This document shows, piece after piece, positions 1 to 9,317 of a DNA stretch of 64,000 bases. The notes beneath the pieces are model-generated. The model ran no database searches, was not told the DNA's origin, and saw only the letters and a program-made list of their open reading frames with translations. Made by a program: the position numbers and the translations under genes. Source of the DNA: Burkholderiales bacterium (GTDB lineage: Bacteria; Pseudomonadota; Gammaproteobacteria; Burkholderiales; Ga0077523); assembly GCA_038324085.1 (NCBI GenBank), contig JBBQHP010000009.1, forward strand, positions 31,376 to 95,375, read 5' to 3'. How positions within the stretch are numbered: the stretch's first letter is position 1; the number at the start of each line of letters is the position of its first letter.

Positions 1-10
1 ACCGTCCAGC

Positions 11-1279
11 GTGCTGAGTCTCGAAGCACGCCAGGCCGGCTCGCGCTTCCTGGGCGTGCGCGGCGCGACCGAAGCGCTCGCGTCCGGACTGACACCCGAG
101 GACTGCATCGTCCAGTCGATGCCCGACGCGAGCCCGGTCAAGTGGCATCTCGCGCACACATCGTGGTTCTTCGAGACCTTCCTGCTCGCGCCGAACGTCG
201 TGGACTACCGCCCCTTCCGCGACGAGTACGCGTATCTGTTCAACTCCTACTACGAATCGATCGGCCCCCGCCAGCCACGGCCGGAGCGCGGCATGCTCAC
301 CCGTCCGCCGCTCGACGAAGTGATCGCGTATCGGCGCCACGTCAACGACGCCGTCGTGCGCCTGCTGTCGGAACAATGGCCGCTGTCACCCGGCGCGCTC
401 GCGGTGCTAGAAATGGGGCTGCAGCATGAGCAGCAGCATCAGGAGCTCATCCTGACCGACCTGAAACACCTGCTCTCGCGCAGCCCGCTCAAGCCGGCCT
501 ACCGGTCGCAGCCGATGGCCATTCCGGCCAAAGTGAAGCCGATCCAGTGGTTTGCCTATTCCGAAGGCGTCCGCCGGGTGGGGCACGTGGGCGACGGCTT
601 CCATTTCGACAACGAAGCGCCGGCCCACCGCCAGTTCATGGAGCCGTTCGAGATCGCCTCGCGCCTGATCACCAACGGCGAGTATCTCGAATTCATCGAG
701 GCCGGTGGATACCGGCGGCCTGACCTGTGGATGGCCGATGGCTGGGCTGCCGTGCAGGCGGGCGAATGGAGCATGCCGCTGTACTGGCAGCAGGACGCTC
801 GACGCTGGCTCATCTTCACGTTATCCGGCCTGCAGGAGCTCGATCTCGACGAACCCGTCTGTCATGTGAACTGGTTCGAGGCCGATGCCTACGCGCGCTT
901 CCTCGGCGCACGCCTGCCCACCGAAGCGGAGTGGGAGGTGGCGGCGCTCGACGCCGCGCAGGGCGGCAATTTTGCCGAGAGCGGCCGGTTGCATCCCGCA
1001 CCGGTGCAATCGGCGTTGCGTGCCGACTGGGGCCCCGCGCAATTGTTCGGCGACGTCTGGGAATGGACCGGCAGCGCCTACCTGCCGTATCCGGGGTACG
1101 CGCCCGCCGCCGGCGCACTCGGCGAATACAACGGGAAGTTCATGGTCAACCAGTTCGTGCTGCGTGGCGGTTCCTGCGCCACACCGCAATCCCACATCCG
1201 CGCGACGTATCGCAATTTCTTCCCCCCGCACGCACGCTGGCAGTTCTCCGGCATCCGGCTGGCGCGCTCGCCGCGCTGA
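11..1279 (+). CDS. egtB: Ergothioneine biosynthesis sulfoxide synthase EgtB (DinB-like + FGE-sulfatase domains); true start may lie upstream of the window
   Basis: QSMPDASPVKWHLAHTSWFFE, HEQQHQE iron ligands, FNSYY loop, GDVWEWT, EYNGKFM, RWQFSGIRLA. Confidence 0.92.
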   Translation: MLSLEARQAGSRFLGVRGATEALASGLTPEDCIVQSMPDASPVKWHLAHTSWFFETFLLAPNVVDYRPFRDEYAYLFNSYYESIGPRQPRPERGMLTRPPLDEVIAYRRHVNDAVVRLLSEQWPLSPGALAVLEMGLQHEQQHQELILTDLKHLLSRSPLKPAYRSQPMAIPAKVKPIQWFAYSEGVRRVGHVGDGFHFDNEAPAHRQFMEPFEIASRLITNGEYLEFIEAGGYRRPDLWMADGWAAVQAGEWSMPLYWQQDARRWLIFTLSGLQELDLDEPVCHVNWFEADAYARFLGARLPTEAEWEVAALDAAQGGNFAESGRLHPAPVQSALRADWGPAQLFGDVWEWTGSAYLPYPGYAPAAGALGEYNGKFMVNQFVLRGGSCATPQSHIRATYRNFFPPHARWQFSGIRLARSPR

Positions 1280-1344
1280 CGCTACTCGCTCGGGTGTGAT
1301 GCCGACCCGGTGCGGTTCGTCAGGCCGTTCCAGAGAGGCAATCC

Positions 1345-1755
1345 ATGATCCATATCGACCGAATCGACCATGTCGTGCTGACGGTCCGCAGCATCGCTGC
1401 CACCACGGACTTCTATCGGCGCACGCTCGGCATGAGCGTCGTCAAGTTCGCCGGCGGGCGCGTGGCGCTCGGCTTCGGCCAGCAGAAATTCAATCTGCAC
1501 GAGGCAGGACACGAGTTCGAACCCAAGGCCGATCGCCCGGCTCCGGGTTCGGCGGACTTCTGCCTCGTCACCGCCACACCGATCGCGGACGTGATCGCGC
1601 ACCTGAAACGGGAGGAGGTCGAAATTCTCGAGGGCCCGGTCGACCGGACCGGCGCGATCGGGCGGCTGCTCTCGGTGTACTTCCGCGATCCCGACCTCAA
1701 CCTCGTGGAAGTTGCGAACCTCGTCGAAGGCGCGTCGGCGGCGCTCGACGGCTGA
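1345..1755 (+). CDS. VOC/glyoxalase family protein
   Basis: IDHVVLTV, KFNLH, GSADFC, EGPVDRTGAIG, SVYFRDPDLNLVEV; GAGG upstream. Confidence 0.9.
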   Translation: MIHIDRIDHVVLTVRSIAATTDFYRRTLGMSVVKFAGGRVALGFGQQKFNLHEAGHEFEPKADRPAPGSADFCLVTATPIADVIAHLKREEVEILEGPVDRTGAIGRLLSVYFRDPDLNLVEVANLVEGASAALDG

Positions 1756-1795
1756 GTCGGCGTCCCGGTGCAACGCCCATGACGAGCGCCTGACA

Positions 1796-2383
1796 GTGGC
1801 CGACACCGGTCCGACCCGCTGCGCCTGGTCGCAAAAGGGCAGCGCGCTCGAAATCGCCTACCACGATACCGAGTGGGGCGTGCCCGTCCATGACGACACG
1901 ACATTGTTCGAGTTCCTGGTGCTCGAAGGCGCGCAGGCCGGCTTGTCGTGGTCCACGATCCTCAACAAGCGCGCGGGGTATCGCAATGCGTTCTGCGATT
2001 TCGAAGTGGCCCGCGTCGCGCGTTTCACCCCCGCGCGCATCGAGAAGCTGCTCGCGGACCCCTCGATCGTGCGCAATCGCCTCAAGGTGCAGTCCACCGT
2101 GACGAATGCGCGCGCCTTCATCGAGATCCAGCGCGAGTTCGGCACCTTCGACGACTACGTCTGGCGTTTCGTCGACGGGCGTCCGCTGCAGAATCGCTGG
2201 AAGACGCCTGCCAGCGTACCCGCCACCACGACCGTCTCCGATGCGCTGTCGAAGGACCTCTCCCGGCGCGGCTTGCGGTTCGTGGGCTCGACCATCATGT
2301 ACGCCTTCATGCAGGCGACGGGCATGGTCAACGACCATTCGGTTGCCTGTTTCCGACACGCTCAACTCCGGGGCGGCTCGTGA
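1796..2383 (+). CDS. tag: DNA-3-methyladenine glycosylase I
   Basis: RCAW...YHDTEWGVP, LEGAQAGLSW, IVRNRLK, GMVNDH..C; GTG start inferred at 1796. Confidence 0.93.
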   Translation: MADTGPTRCAWSQKGSALEIAYHDTEWGVPVHDDTTLFEFLVLEGAQAGLSWSTILNKRAGYRNAFCDFEVARVARFTPARIEKLLADPSIVRNRLKVQSTVTNARAFIEIQREFGTFDDYVWRFVDGRPLQNRWKTPASVPATTTVSDALSKDLSRRGLRFVGSTIMYAFMQATGMVNDHSVACFRHAQLRGGS

Positions 2384-2994
2384 GCCTCGAGCTGTGGCTG
2401 GCCTGGATCGCCACGTTGAGCGCGATGAGCTTCTCGCCCGGCACCGGCGTGGCCGTTGTGCTGTCCACGGCGATGGCGAGCGGCGGCCGGCGCGCCTGGC
2501 CGCTGGTGCTGGGCATGCAGGTGCCGCTGCTGATGTACGCGTTGATCGTGTCGCTCGGAATGTCGGCGATGATGCGTCACGGGCCGGTGTTCGCGGTCAT
2601 CAAATGGGCCGGCGTGGCCTATCTGGCATGGCTCGGACTGCGCAGCCTGTTCGCGCGGCCGGTCATCGCACCGGACGCGCAGCGCGGCGCGCGGCAGGAT
2701 GGCTGGACGCGCTTCTCCGAAGGCTTCATCGTCAATGCCACCAATCCCAAGATCGTCGTCTTCATGGCTGCGATGTTCCCGCTGTTCGTGCGGCCCGACG
2801 CACCCATCGCGCCGCAACTGCTGATCCTGTGCGCGACACTGTTCGCAATCGACATCGTGGTGATGATGGGCTACGCTCATCTGGCCGCCACCCTGGTCCG
2901 CTGGATGAAGGACCCGCGCCATCTCGCCTGGCTCAACCGGATCATCGGCGCGTGGTTCATCGTCCTGGCCGCGCTGCTCGCCACGGAATTCTGA
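2380..2994 (+). CDS. LysE/RhtB family amino-acid exporter
   Basis: SFSPG, IKWAGVAYLAWLG, GFIVNATNPK; GTGA overlap with the tag stop. Confidence 0.9.
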   Translation: MSLELWLAWIATLSAMSFSPGTGVAVVLSTAMASGGRRAWPLVLGMQVPLLMYALIVSLGMSAMMRHGPVFAVIKWAGVAYLAWLGLRSLFARPVIAPDAQRGARQDGWTRFSEGFIVNATNPKIVVFMAAMFPLFVRPDAPIAPQLLILCATLFAIDIVVMMGYAHLAATLVRWMKDPRHLAWLNRIIGAWFIVLAALLATEF

Positions 2995-2995
2995 C

Positions 2996-3367
2996 ATGGC
3001 ACTCGAGAAGAACCACACGCCCTCGCCGCACCCCCGCCTCATGCCGCTGGCGCTCGCGGCCGGCCTGGTGCCCCCGCCTGGCGCGCTGTCGTCGCCGGTG
3101 TTCGAGCACGGCTCGCTGCTGGTCAAGTACTACGCCCCGCGCATGCAGGACTCGCAGGTCCCGCACACGCGCGACGAGCTGTACATCGTGGCGCAGGGTA
3201 GCGGCACCTTCCTGAACGGCGACGCGCGACACGCGTTCGCCGTGGGGGATGCGCTGTTCGTGCCGGCCGGCGTGTCGCACCGGTTCGAAGATTTCTCCGA
3301 CGATTTCGCGGTATGGGTGATGTTCTACGGGCCCGAGGGCGGCGAATCCGCTGGTGAGCGCGCATGA
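2996..3367 (+). CDS. Cupin domain protein
   Basis: PHTRDELYIVAQGSG and GDALFVPAGVSHRF cupin motifs. Confidence 0.88.
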   Translation: MALEKNHTPSPHPRLMPLALAAGLVPPPGALSSPVFEHGSLLVKYYAPRMQDSQVPHTRDELYIVAQGSGTFLNGDARHAFAVGDALFVPAGVSHRFEDFSDDFAVWVMFYGPEGGESAGERA

Positions 3368-4395
3368 GCGTCGCAACCATGCCGGGGCTGGAGCCCGGCG
3401 CGCTCGAGCACCCGGGCGTCCAGGTCTCGATCGTGATTCCCATCTACAACGAAGCGGACAACCTGGCCGATCTCGTCACGCAGGTGCATGACGCGATCGC
3501 ACCCACCGGCCGCAGCTTCGAATTGATCTGCGTCGACGACGGATCGAGGGACGGCTCCGCGCGCAAGCTCGAATCGCTCGCCCTCGAGCGCCCCTGGCTG
3601 AAGCCCGTCTACCTGATCCGCAACTATGGCCAGTCGACCGCGCTCCAGGCGGGATTCGACGTGGCCGAAGGCGACTACGTGGTGACCCTCGACGGCGACC
3701 TGCAGAATGATCCTGCGGACATGCCTCGATTGCTCGATCATCTCGAAGCCAATGCCGACGTCGACGTGATCTCCGGTTGGCGCAAGGACCGGCATGACGC
3801 CGCAATCTCGCGCAAGGTGCCCTCGATGATCGCGAACGGCCTCATCTCGCGCGTCACGGGAGTGAAGCTGCACGACTACGGTTGCGCCCTGAAGCTCTAC
3901 CGCGGCCGCGTTATCCGCGATCTGCGGCTGTACGGCGAACTGCACCGCTTCATCCCCGCGCTCGCGGCCGAGGTGGGCGCGAAGATCATCGAAGTGCCGG
4001 TGCGCCACCATGCGCGCACGCGCGGGGTGTCAAAGTACGGCATCGACCGCACCTTCCGGGTGCTCCTGGACCTGCTGTGGATCAAGTTTCTGCTGCGCTT
4101 CCTGCATCGGCCGATCCATGCCTTCGGCGGCGTCGGCCTCACCTTCGGCTCGATCGGCGTACTGATCCTCGTCTGGCTCAGCTTCGACAAGCTCATGCTC
4201 CACCACGACATCGGTGGCCGGCCGCTGCTGCTGCTGGGGGTGATGATGGTTCTGATCGGATTGCAGCTCGTCGCCACGGGCGTGCTGGGAGAGATGCTGA
4301 CGCGCATCTATCACGAGCCGCAGGGCCGCGCGCAGTACATGACGCGCGCTGCGCCGCGTCCGGCCGCGCGCGCCGGCACCCCGGCCGGACGCTGA
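3364..4395 (+). CDS. GT2 polyprenyl-phosphate glycosyltransferase (ArnC/GtrB/DPM-like)
   Basis: SIVIPIYNE, VDDGSRD, RNYGQ, TLDGDLQNDP, HRFIP, SKYG; two C-terminal TM helices. Confidence 0.92.
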   Translation: MSVATMPGLEPGALEHPGVQVSIVIPIYNEADNLADLVTQVHDAIAPTGRSFELICVDDGSRDGSARKLESLALERPWLKPVYLIRNYGQSTALQAGFDVAEGDYVVTLDGDLQNDPADMPRLLDHLEANADVDVISGWRKDRHDAAISRKVPSMIANGLISRVTGVKLHDYGCALKLYRGRVIRDLRLYGELHRFIPALAAEVGAKIIEVPVRHHARTRGVSKYGIDRTFRVLLDLLWIKFLLRFLHRPIHAFGGVGLTFGSIGVLILVWLSFDKLMLHHDIGGRPLLLLGVMMVLIGLQLVATGVLGEMLTRIYHEPQGRAQYMTRAAPRPAARAGTPAGR

Positions 4396-4403
4396 CGCCC
4401 CGG

Positions 4404-5345
4404 ATGGCAGCGATCAGGCTCGCCGCCCGCATCGCCGGCGGGCTGGCGCTGCTGGCGCTGGTTGCCTGGATCGTGGGCCCGCAGCGCCTGCTGGACAGCC
4501 TGGCGCGGACCGACCCCGCGCGCTTCGCGCTCGCACTGCTGATCGCGATCGCATCCAACATCGTATCGGCCGCCCGTTGGGCGTACATCGCACGCGCGCT
4601 GGGGCTGACTGCTCCCACGCTCCCGCTCGTCGCCATGTATGCGCGTGGCATGACCAGCAACACGTTGCTGCCCGGCGCCACGGTTTCCGGGGACCTGCTG
4701 CGCAGCTACGAGTTGTCCCGGCTCGGCAATCCGATGCTCGAATCGACCGCTTCGGTCGCCTTCGACCGCTTCAGCGGCCTGTGGACACTGTGCGTGCTCT
4801 CGTTCTTCGCGGCCGGCCTCGGGCTCGCCGCCGGCGTCACATTGTCCGGCGCCGCCGCGGGGCATGACGTGCTCCTCGTCTACGGCACGCTGCTGGCAGC
4901 GATCGTGGTCGCGCCGCTCGTGCCCTGGCCGATCGGCTGGCTGCGTCGGCTTCCCGGTCGGGCCGGCGAGCGCATCGCCGACCTGTGGCTCCGACTGCGC
5001 GCGCCCGGCAGCGTGCTCAGGCGACGCCTCGTGCAGTCGCTGGCGCTGTCGATGGTGGTGCAGGTGCTCTCGGCCACCGCGCTGTGGGCCTGCGCGGGAG
5101 CGCTCGGCGTCGACATACCCTATGTGATCATGCTCGCGGCCGCGGCGCCGATCTTCGTCATGGCCGCATTGCCGCTCGGCATCGCTGGTTTCGGCACGCG
5201 CGAACTCGCGGCCGTGGCGATCCTCGCACTCGCCGGCGTGCCCGCCGGCCTCGCCGCCGGCACCGGATTGCTGTACGGCATCTGCGGCGTGATCCAGGGC
5301 ATGCTGGCCGCACCTTTGTTCCTGCTACCATCGCGCGGCCCATGA
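4404..5345 (+). CDS. UPF0104 / lysylphosphatidylglycerol-synthase TM-domain protein (putative flippase)
   Basis: Multi-TM; RW, NTLLPG..SGDLLR, FDR, LPLGIAGFGTRE motifs. Confidence 0.82.
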   Translation: MAAIRLAARIAGGLALLALVAWIVGPQRLLDSLARTDPARFALALLIAIASNIVSAARWAYIARALGLTAPTLPLVAMYARGMTSNTLLPGATVSGDLLRSYELSRLGNPMLESTASVAFDRFSGLWTLCVLSFFAAGLGLAAGVTLSGAAAGHDVLLVYGTLLAAIVVAPLVPWPIGWLRRLPGRAGERIADLWLRLRAPGSVLRRRLVQSLALSMVVQVLSATALWACAGALGVDIPYVIMLAAAAPIFVMAALPLGIAGFGTRELAAVAILALAGVPAGLAAGTGLLYGICGVIQGMLAAPLFLLPSRGP

Positions 5346-6907
5346 CCACAGCTTCCATCGCCGACGACATCAGGGCTCTGCGCGGCTACGCCTGGCTCCT
5401 GGCGGCGGCCATCGCTATGAGTTTCTTCGTCGGCCTCGGCTCGGTGCCGCTGTTCGATCTCGACGAAGGCGCCTTCACCGAGGCGACACGCGAGATGCTG
5501 GCGCGCGGCGATTACATATCGACGTTCCTGAACGGCGTGCCGCGTTACGACAAACCGGTGCTGATCTACTGGTTGCAGGCCGTGTCGGTACTCGGCTTCG
5601 GCATCAACGAGTTCGCCTTCCGTCTGCCGTCCGCGCTGTGCGGCACCGCATGGGTTGCTTTCGTGTTCCTGTTCGTGCGGCGGCTGCGCGGTGCGCCGGC
5701 GGCGTTCGTGGCCGCGGGATTCACCGCGACGGCGGCAGGCATCACGGTCATCGCTCGCGCCGCCATCGCGGATGCGCTGCTCAACATGCTGATCGTGGCC
5801 GCGCTCGCGAGCGCCTACCTCTATTTCCAGACACGGCAGCGGCACTGGCTGCATGCCGCGTTCATCGCCATCGGCTTCGGGCTGCTGGCGAAGGGACCGA
5901 TTGCGATTCTCGTACCCGCCGCGGTCACCTTCCTGTACTGCCTGTCGAAGCGCGACCTCGCTGCGTGGTTTCGCGCCATGCTCGACCCGGTGGGCATCGT
6001 GCTGATGCTGGCCATCGCCGCGCCCTGGTACGTCGCGCAATACCTGAAGGAAGGCGACGCCTTCGTCCAGGGATTCTTCATGAAGCACAACGTGCAGCGC
6101 TTCAGCGCGCCGATGCACGGCTTCAACGGCAGCGTGCTGTTCTATGTGCCGTGGCTGTTCGTGGCAACCCTGCCGTTCACCTCGCCACTGCTCAACGTGT
6201 TGCGGCGCCTGCGTTCGGTCTGGGCCGACGACCTGCAGCGATTCTGCCTGATCTGGTTTGCTTTCGTGCTGGTGTTCTTCTCGCTGTCGGGCACCAAGTT
6301 GCCGCACTACGCGTTCTATGGCTACACCGGGATGTTCATCCTGATGGCGCTCAACGTGGACCGCCTGCGCTCGGCGTATTTCGCATTGCTGCCAGCCTTG
6401 CTGGTGTTCGCGTCGCTGGCCGCCCTGCCGTGGGTCATCGAGCACTACGCACCGGCGGTGCGCGACCCCTACTATCGCGAAGCGCTCGGCAACGTCCGTG
6501 CGTATTTCGGTCCCGGGTTCTACACGTTCTCCGCCGGTGCGGTGGGCGCCACGATCGCGCTGATCTTCGCGCGCAGGATCCCCCTGCCGGCAAAACTCAT
6601 GGCGGCCGGCGTGCTGCAGGCAGCCGCGCTGGCGCTGTACATCCTGCCGGCAGCGGGCGGCGTCCAGCAGCAGCCGATCAAGGAAGCGGCATTGCTCGCC
6701 CGCGAGCGCAACTACGACGTGGTCATGTGGAGCGTCAACGCGCCCAGCTTCATCGTCTACTCGGGCAAGCTGGTCGAACGGCGCGATCCGGTACCGGGCG
6801 ACATCGTTCTGTCGAAAGTGAAGCGCCTCGCGGAATTGCCCGGCTACGAAGTGCTGTACCGGAAGAACGGCATCGCACTGGTCAAGGTCACCGAGGGCAG
6901 GCAATGA
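5342..6907 (+). CDS. ArnT-like (GT83/PMT superfamily) lipid glycosyltransferase
   Basis: LFDLDEGAF..ATREM, YDKPVLIYW, FRLPSA, LAKGP, TKLPHY; ATGA overlap with the previous gene. Confidence 0.9.
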   Translation: MTTASIADDIRALRGYAWLLAAAIAMSFFVGLGSVPLFDLDEGAFTEATREMLARGDYISTFLNGVPRYDKPVLIYWLQAVSVLGFGINEFAFRLPSALCGTAWVAFVFLFVRRLRGAPAAFVAAGFTATAAGITVIARAAIADALLNMLIVAALASAYLYFQTRQRHWLHAAFIAIGFGLLAKGPIAILVPAAVTFLYCLSKRDLAAWFRAMLDPVGIVLMLAIAAPWYVAQYLKEGDAFVQGFFMKHNVQRFSAPMHGFNGSVLFYVPWLFVATLPFTSPLLNVLRRLRSVWADDLQRFCLIWFAFVLVFFSLSGTKLPHYAFYGYTGMFILMALNVDRLRSAYFALLPALLVFASLAALPWVIEHYAPAVRDPYYREALGNVRAYFGPGFYTFSAGAVGATIALIFARRIPLPAKLMAAGVLQAAALALYILPAAGGVQQQPIKEAALLARERNYDVVMWSVNAPSFIVYSGKLVERRDPVPGDIVLSKVKRLAELPGYEVLYRKNGIALVKVTEGRQ

Positions 6908-7695
6908 CGCAGCCCGTGCCGCTGCGATCGCCGGCAGCCTGGATCGTGCCCGTCGTCGCGGTCGTCATGCTCGCAATGGTCGCGCTCACCGGAACGAATC
7001 GCCCGGTGTTTACTTTCCTCAATGGCTGGAGCCACGAGACTGGACCGGGCCCATGGCAGTACGTCACCCTGCTGGGTGACACCGCGGTCGCACTCGCGCT
7101 GTTCCTGCCCTTCGCCCTGCGCCGACCGGACGTCCTCTGGGCGCTGGCCGTGAGCGCGCTATTCGCGGCGTTGTACGTCCACATCCTGAAACCGCTGGTC
7201 GGTGCGCCGCGTCCCCCAGCGGTCCTCGCCGCCGACGCGATCACGATCATCGGTGCCGCATACCGCGCGCGTTCATTTCCCTCGGGCCACACGACCACGA
7301 TATTCCTCGCAGCGGCCATCCTGTGGCTTCATTTCCGTTCGCCATGGCTGCGCGCGGCAACGCTCGCCGTCGCGACGATGGTGGGCCTGTCGCGGGCAGT
7401 CGTCGGCGTTCACTGGCCCGTTGACATCGCGGCCGGGGCCGCGGGCGGTTGGATCGCCGCTTGCGTCGGCACCCCGATCGCGCGCCGGCTGTCCTTCGGA
7501 CTCCGCCCGGCCGTGCAATGGGTCCTGACGGCGATCGGAGCCGGTTGCGCGATCGCACTGCTGGCCGGACTCGACACCGGCTACCCGCAGGCAGTGGTGC
7601 TGCAATACCTCGTCGGCGCATGCGCCCTCGCGAGTCTCGCCTACGCGATCGTGACGCGACGCGCCGGGCGCCACGATGCAAGAATCCGACCCTGA
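6904..7695 (+). CDS. PAP2 family membrane phosphatase (LpxE/LpxF/UppP-like)
   Basis: K-x6-RP, SFPSGH, SR-x5-H-x3-D catalytic motifs; ATGA overlap. Confidence 0.9.
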   Translation: MTQPVPLRSPAAWIVPVVAVVMLAMVALTGTNRPVFTFLNGWSHETGPGPWQYVTLLGDTAVALALFLPFALRRPDVLWALAVSALFAALYVHILKPLVGAPRPPAVLAADAITIIGAAYRARSFPSGHTTTIFLAAAILWLHFRSPWLRAATLAVATMVGLSRAVVGVHWPVDIAAGAAGGWIAACVGTPIARRLSFGLRPAVQWVLTAIGAGCAIALLAGLDTGYPQAVVLQYLVGACALASLAYAIVTRRAGRHDARIRP

Positions 7696-7705
7696 CGAAC
7701 ACACC

Positions 7706-8296
7706 ATGGCGCAGGACAGTTCACGACCCGAATTCTGGGAAAGCCGCTACCGCGATCAGGTGACGCCGTGGGACGCCGGTCGGGTGCCTGCGCGCCTCGT
7801 TGCCTATGCCCGGGAGATGCGACCCGGCGCACGCGTGCTCATTCCGGGTTGCGGGTCCGGCTACGAAGCGTACTTTCTCGCGGAAGCCGGCTTCGACGTG
7901 CTCGCCATCGACTTCAGTCCGACCGCAGTGGCGACGGCGCGAAGCAATCTCGGGTGTTTCGCGGATCGCGTGCAGCTGGCGGACTTCTTCGAATTCGACG
8001 CAGGCCAGCCCTTCGACGTGCTGTTCGAGCGCGCATTCCTGTGTGCATTGCCGCGCAAGATGTGGCCGGACTATCCGACCCGCACTGCGGACCTGCTGGC
8101 GCCTGACGGGCGGATTGCCGGCTACTGGTTCTTCGACGACCGGCCCAAGGGCCCGCCGTTCGGTACCAGTGCCGAGGAACTGCAGGCGCTGCTCGGCCCG
8201 CGATTCGAACGCGCCAGCGACGAACCGGTCGTGGATTCGATCCCGGTATTCGCGGGCAAGGAGCGCTGGCAGGTCTGGAACAGGGCCGGCCCGTGA
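7706..8296 (+). CDS. Thiopurine S-methyltransferase (TPMT) family SAM methyltransferase
   Basis: FWESRY....PWD, VLIPGCGSG, ADFF, ERAFLCALP, GPPFG; alternative start at 7676. Confidence 0.88.
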   Translation: MAQDSSRPEFWESRYRDQVTPWDAGRVPARLVAYAREMRPGARVLIPGCGSGYEAYFLAEAGFDVLAIDFSPTAVATARSNLGCFADRVQLADFFEFDAGQPFDVLFERAFLCALPRKMWPDYPTRTADLLAPDGRIAGYWFFDDRPKGPPFGTSAEELQALLGPRFERASDEPVVDSIPVFAGKERWQVWNRAGP

Positions 8297-8315
8297 CGCC
8301 GCGGCCACCGCGGCG
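8297..8315. terminator. GC hairpin between convergent genes
   Basis: cgccgcgg-cca-ccgcggcg immediately after the TPMT stop; no clear U tract. Confidence 0.35.
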
Positions 8316-8341
8316 GCGTTCAGCGCTCCTTGCAGGCTGGT

Positions 8342-9205
8342 CTAAGCCTTGCTCGACCGACGTCGAACGCCGTACCCGAGCAAGCCGAGACCGGCGAGCA
8401 TCAGTGCACTGGTTCCGGGCTCCGGAACGGCAGCCACGCTCGCTACCGTGATGTTGTCCAGCGCCCAGTACTCGTCGCCGCTATCGCCGCTGGCGGTCGG
8501 TAGCCGCTTGAAGACCAGGCTGGCGGTGCTGTCGTCCGCCGTGAAGGTCAGCATCGGATTGCCGGTGCCGCGCCCGAACGAATAGATGCTGTAGTCGCCG
8601 GAGTAGTCGCCACTGTTGTTCGAAAAGGATGCGTCGGCCCCCGCGAAGCGGTTGAAACTCAGGGCATCACCGCCCAACGGCGTGGCATCGGAATAGCTCT
8701 GACGCGAATCGGCGCCGTAGTTGATTCCCTGCTGACCATTGGCGAAGGTGGCGTCGAGCAGGAGCTGGTCGGCCGCGACGCCGCTTTGCGCGCTCACCGC
8801 AATCTGGTCGGCACCATAGCTGATCGCCGAACCGTCCCACGACGCCCCGACCAACAGATCGAACGCGAGCGAGTACTGCTTGCCGGCCGTCAATCCGCCC
8901 AGAGCCAGGGTCACCACTTCACCGTCGGCGCTCGCCTTGCCGATCCCGTATCCGAGACGTCCCAGCCAGGTCGACTGGTTGGGGGAGGCGAGAGTGCCAC
9001 CATCCGTGGGCAGGCTCGTCGTCGAGAGACCTCCGGCGCCAAGAGTGCCCGATGCCGTCAATCCGGCGAAGGCGGTGGCCGGCGTCTCGAAATCGTTCGA
9101 GTACACGGTCTCGGCGTTGGCGCCGGTCATCCACAGCAGCGCGACAGCGGCCGCTACGGCGCGCATGCAGCCTTGATCGAGCGTTCCTGGAGCTGCGAGA
9201 TTCAT
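8342..9205 (-). CDS. PEP-CTERM sorting domain protein (exported)
   Basis: Signal peptide ending ANA; C-terminal VPEPGTSALMLAGLGLLGYGVRRR; Gly/Ser/Asp-rich body. Confidence 0.93.
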   Translation of the reverse strand: MNLAAPGTLDQGCMRAVAAAVALLWMTGANAETVYSNDFETPATAFAGLTASGTLGAGGLSTTSLPTDGGTLASPNQSTWLGRLGYGIGKASADGEVVTLALGGLTAGKQYSLAFDLLVGASWDGSAISYGADQIAVSAQSGVAADQLLLDATFANGQQGINYGADSRQSYSDATPLGGDALSFNRFAGADASFSNNSGDYSGDYSIYSFGRGTGNPMLTFTADDSTASLVFKRLPTASGDSGDEYWALDNITVASVAAVPEPGTSALMLAGLGLLGYGVRRRSSKA

Positions 9206-9317
9206 GTGCGTTTCCCGTGTTGGCATCGCGGCAACTTCCTGTCGCGAGCGTTTATCGGCTGGGCAATCAGGCTCACGCACGGAGCAAGTTTCGTTCAAGT
9301 TGTCTCAAGCTTCTGAT

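Noticed and set aside
11-1279. Selenoneine synthase SenA, given selU in the window
   Set aside because: The motifs (SPVKWHLAH, NSYY, EYNGKFM) fit EgtB, and no senB or selD/senC is adjacent.
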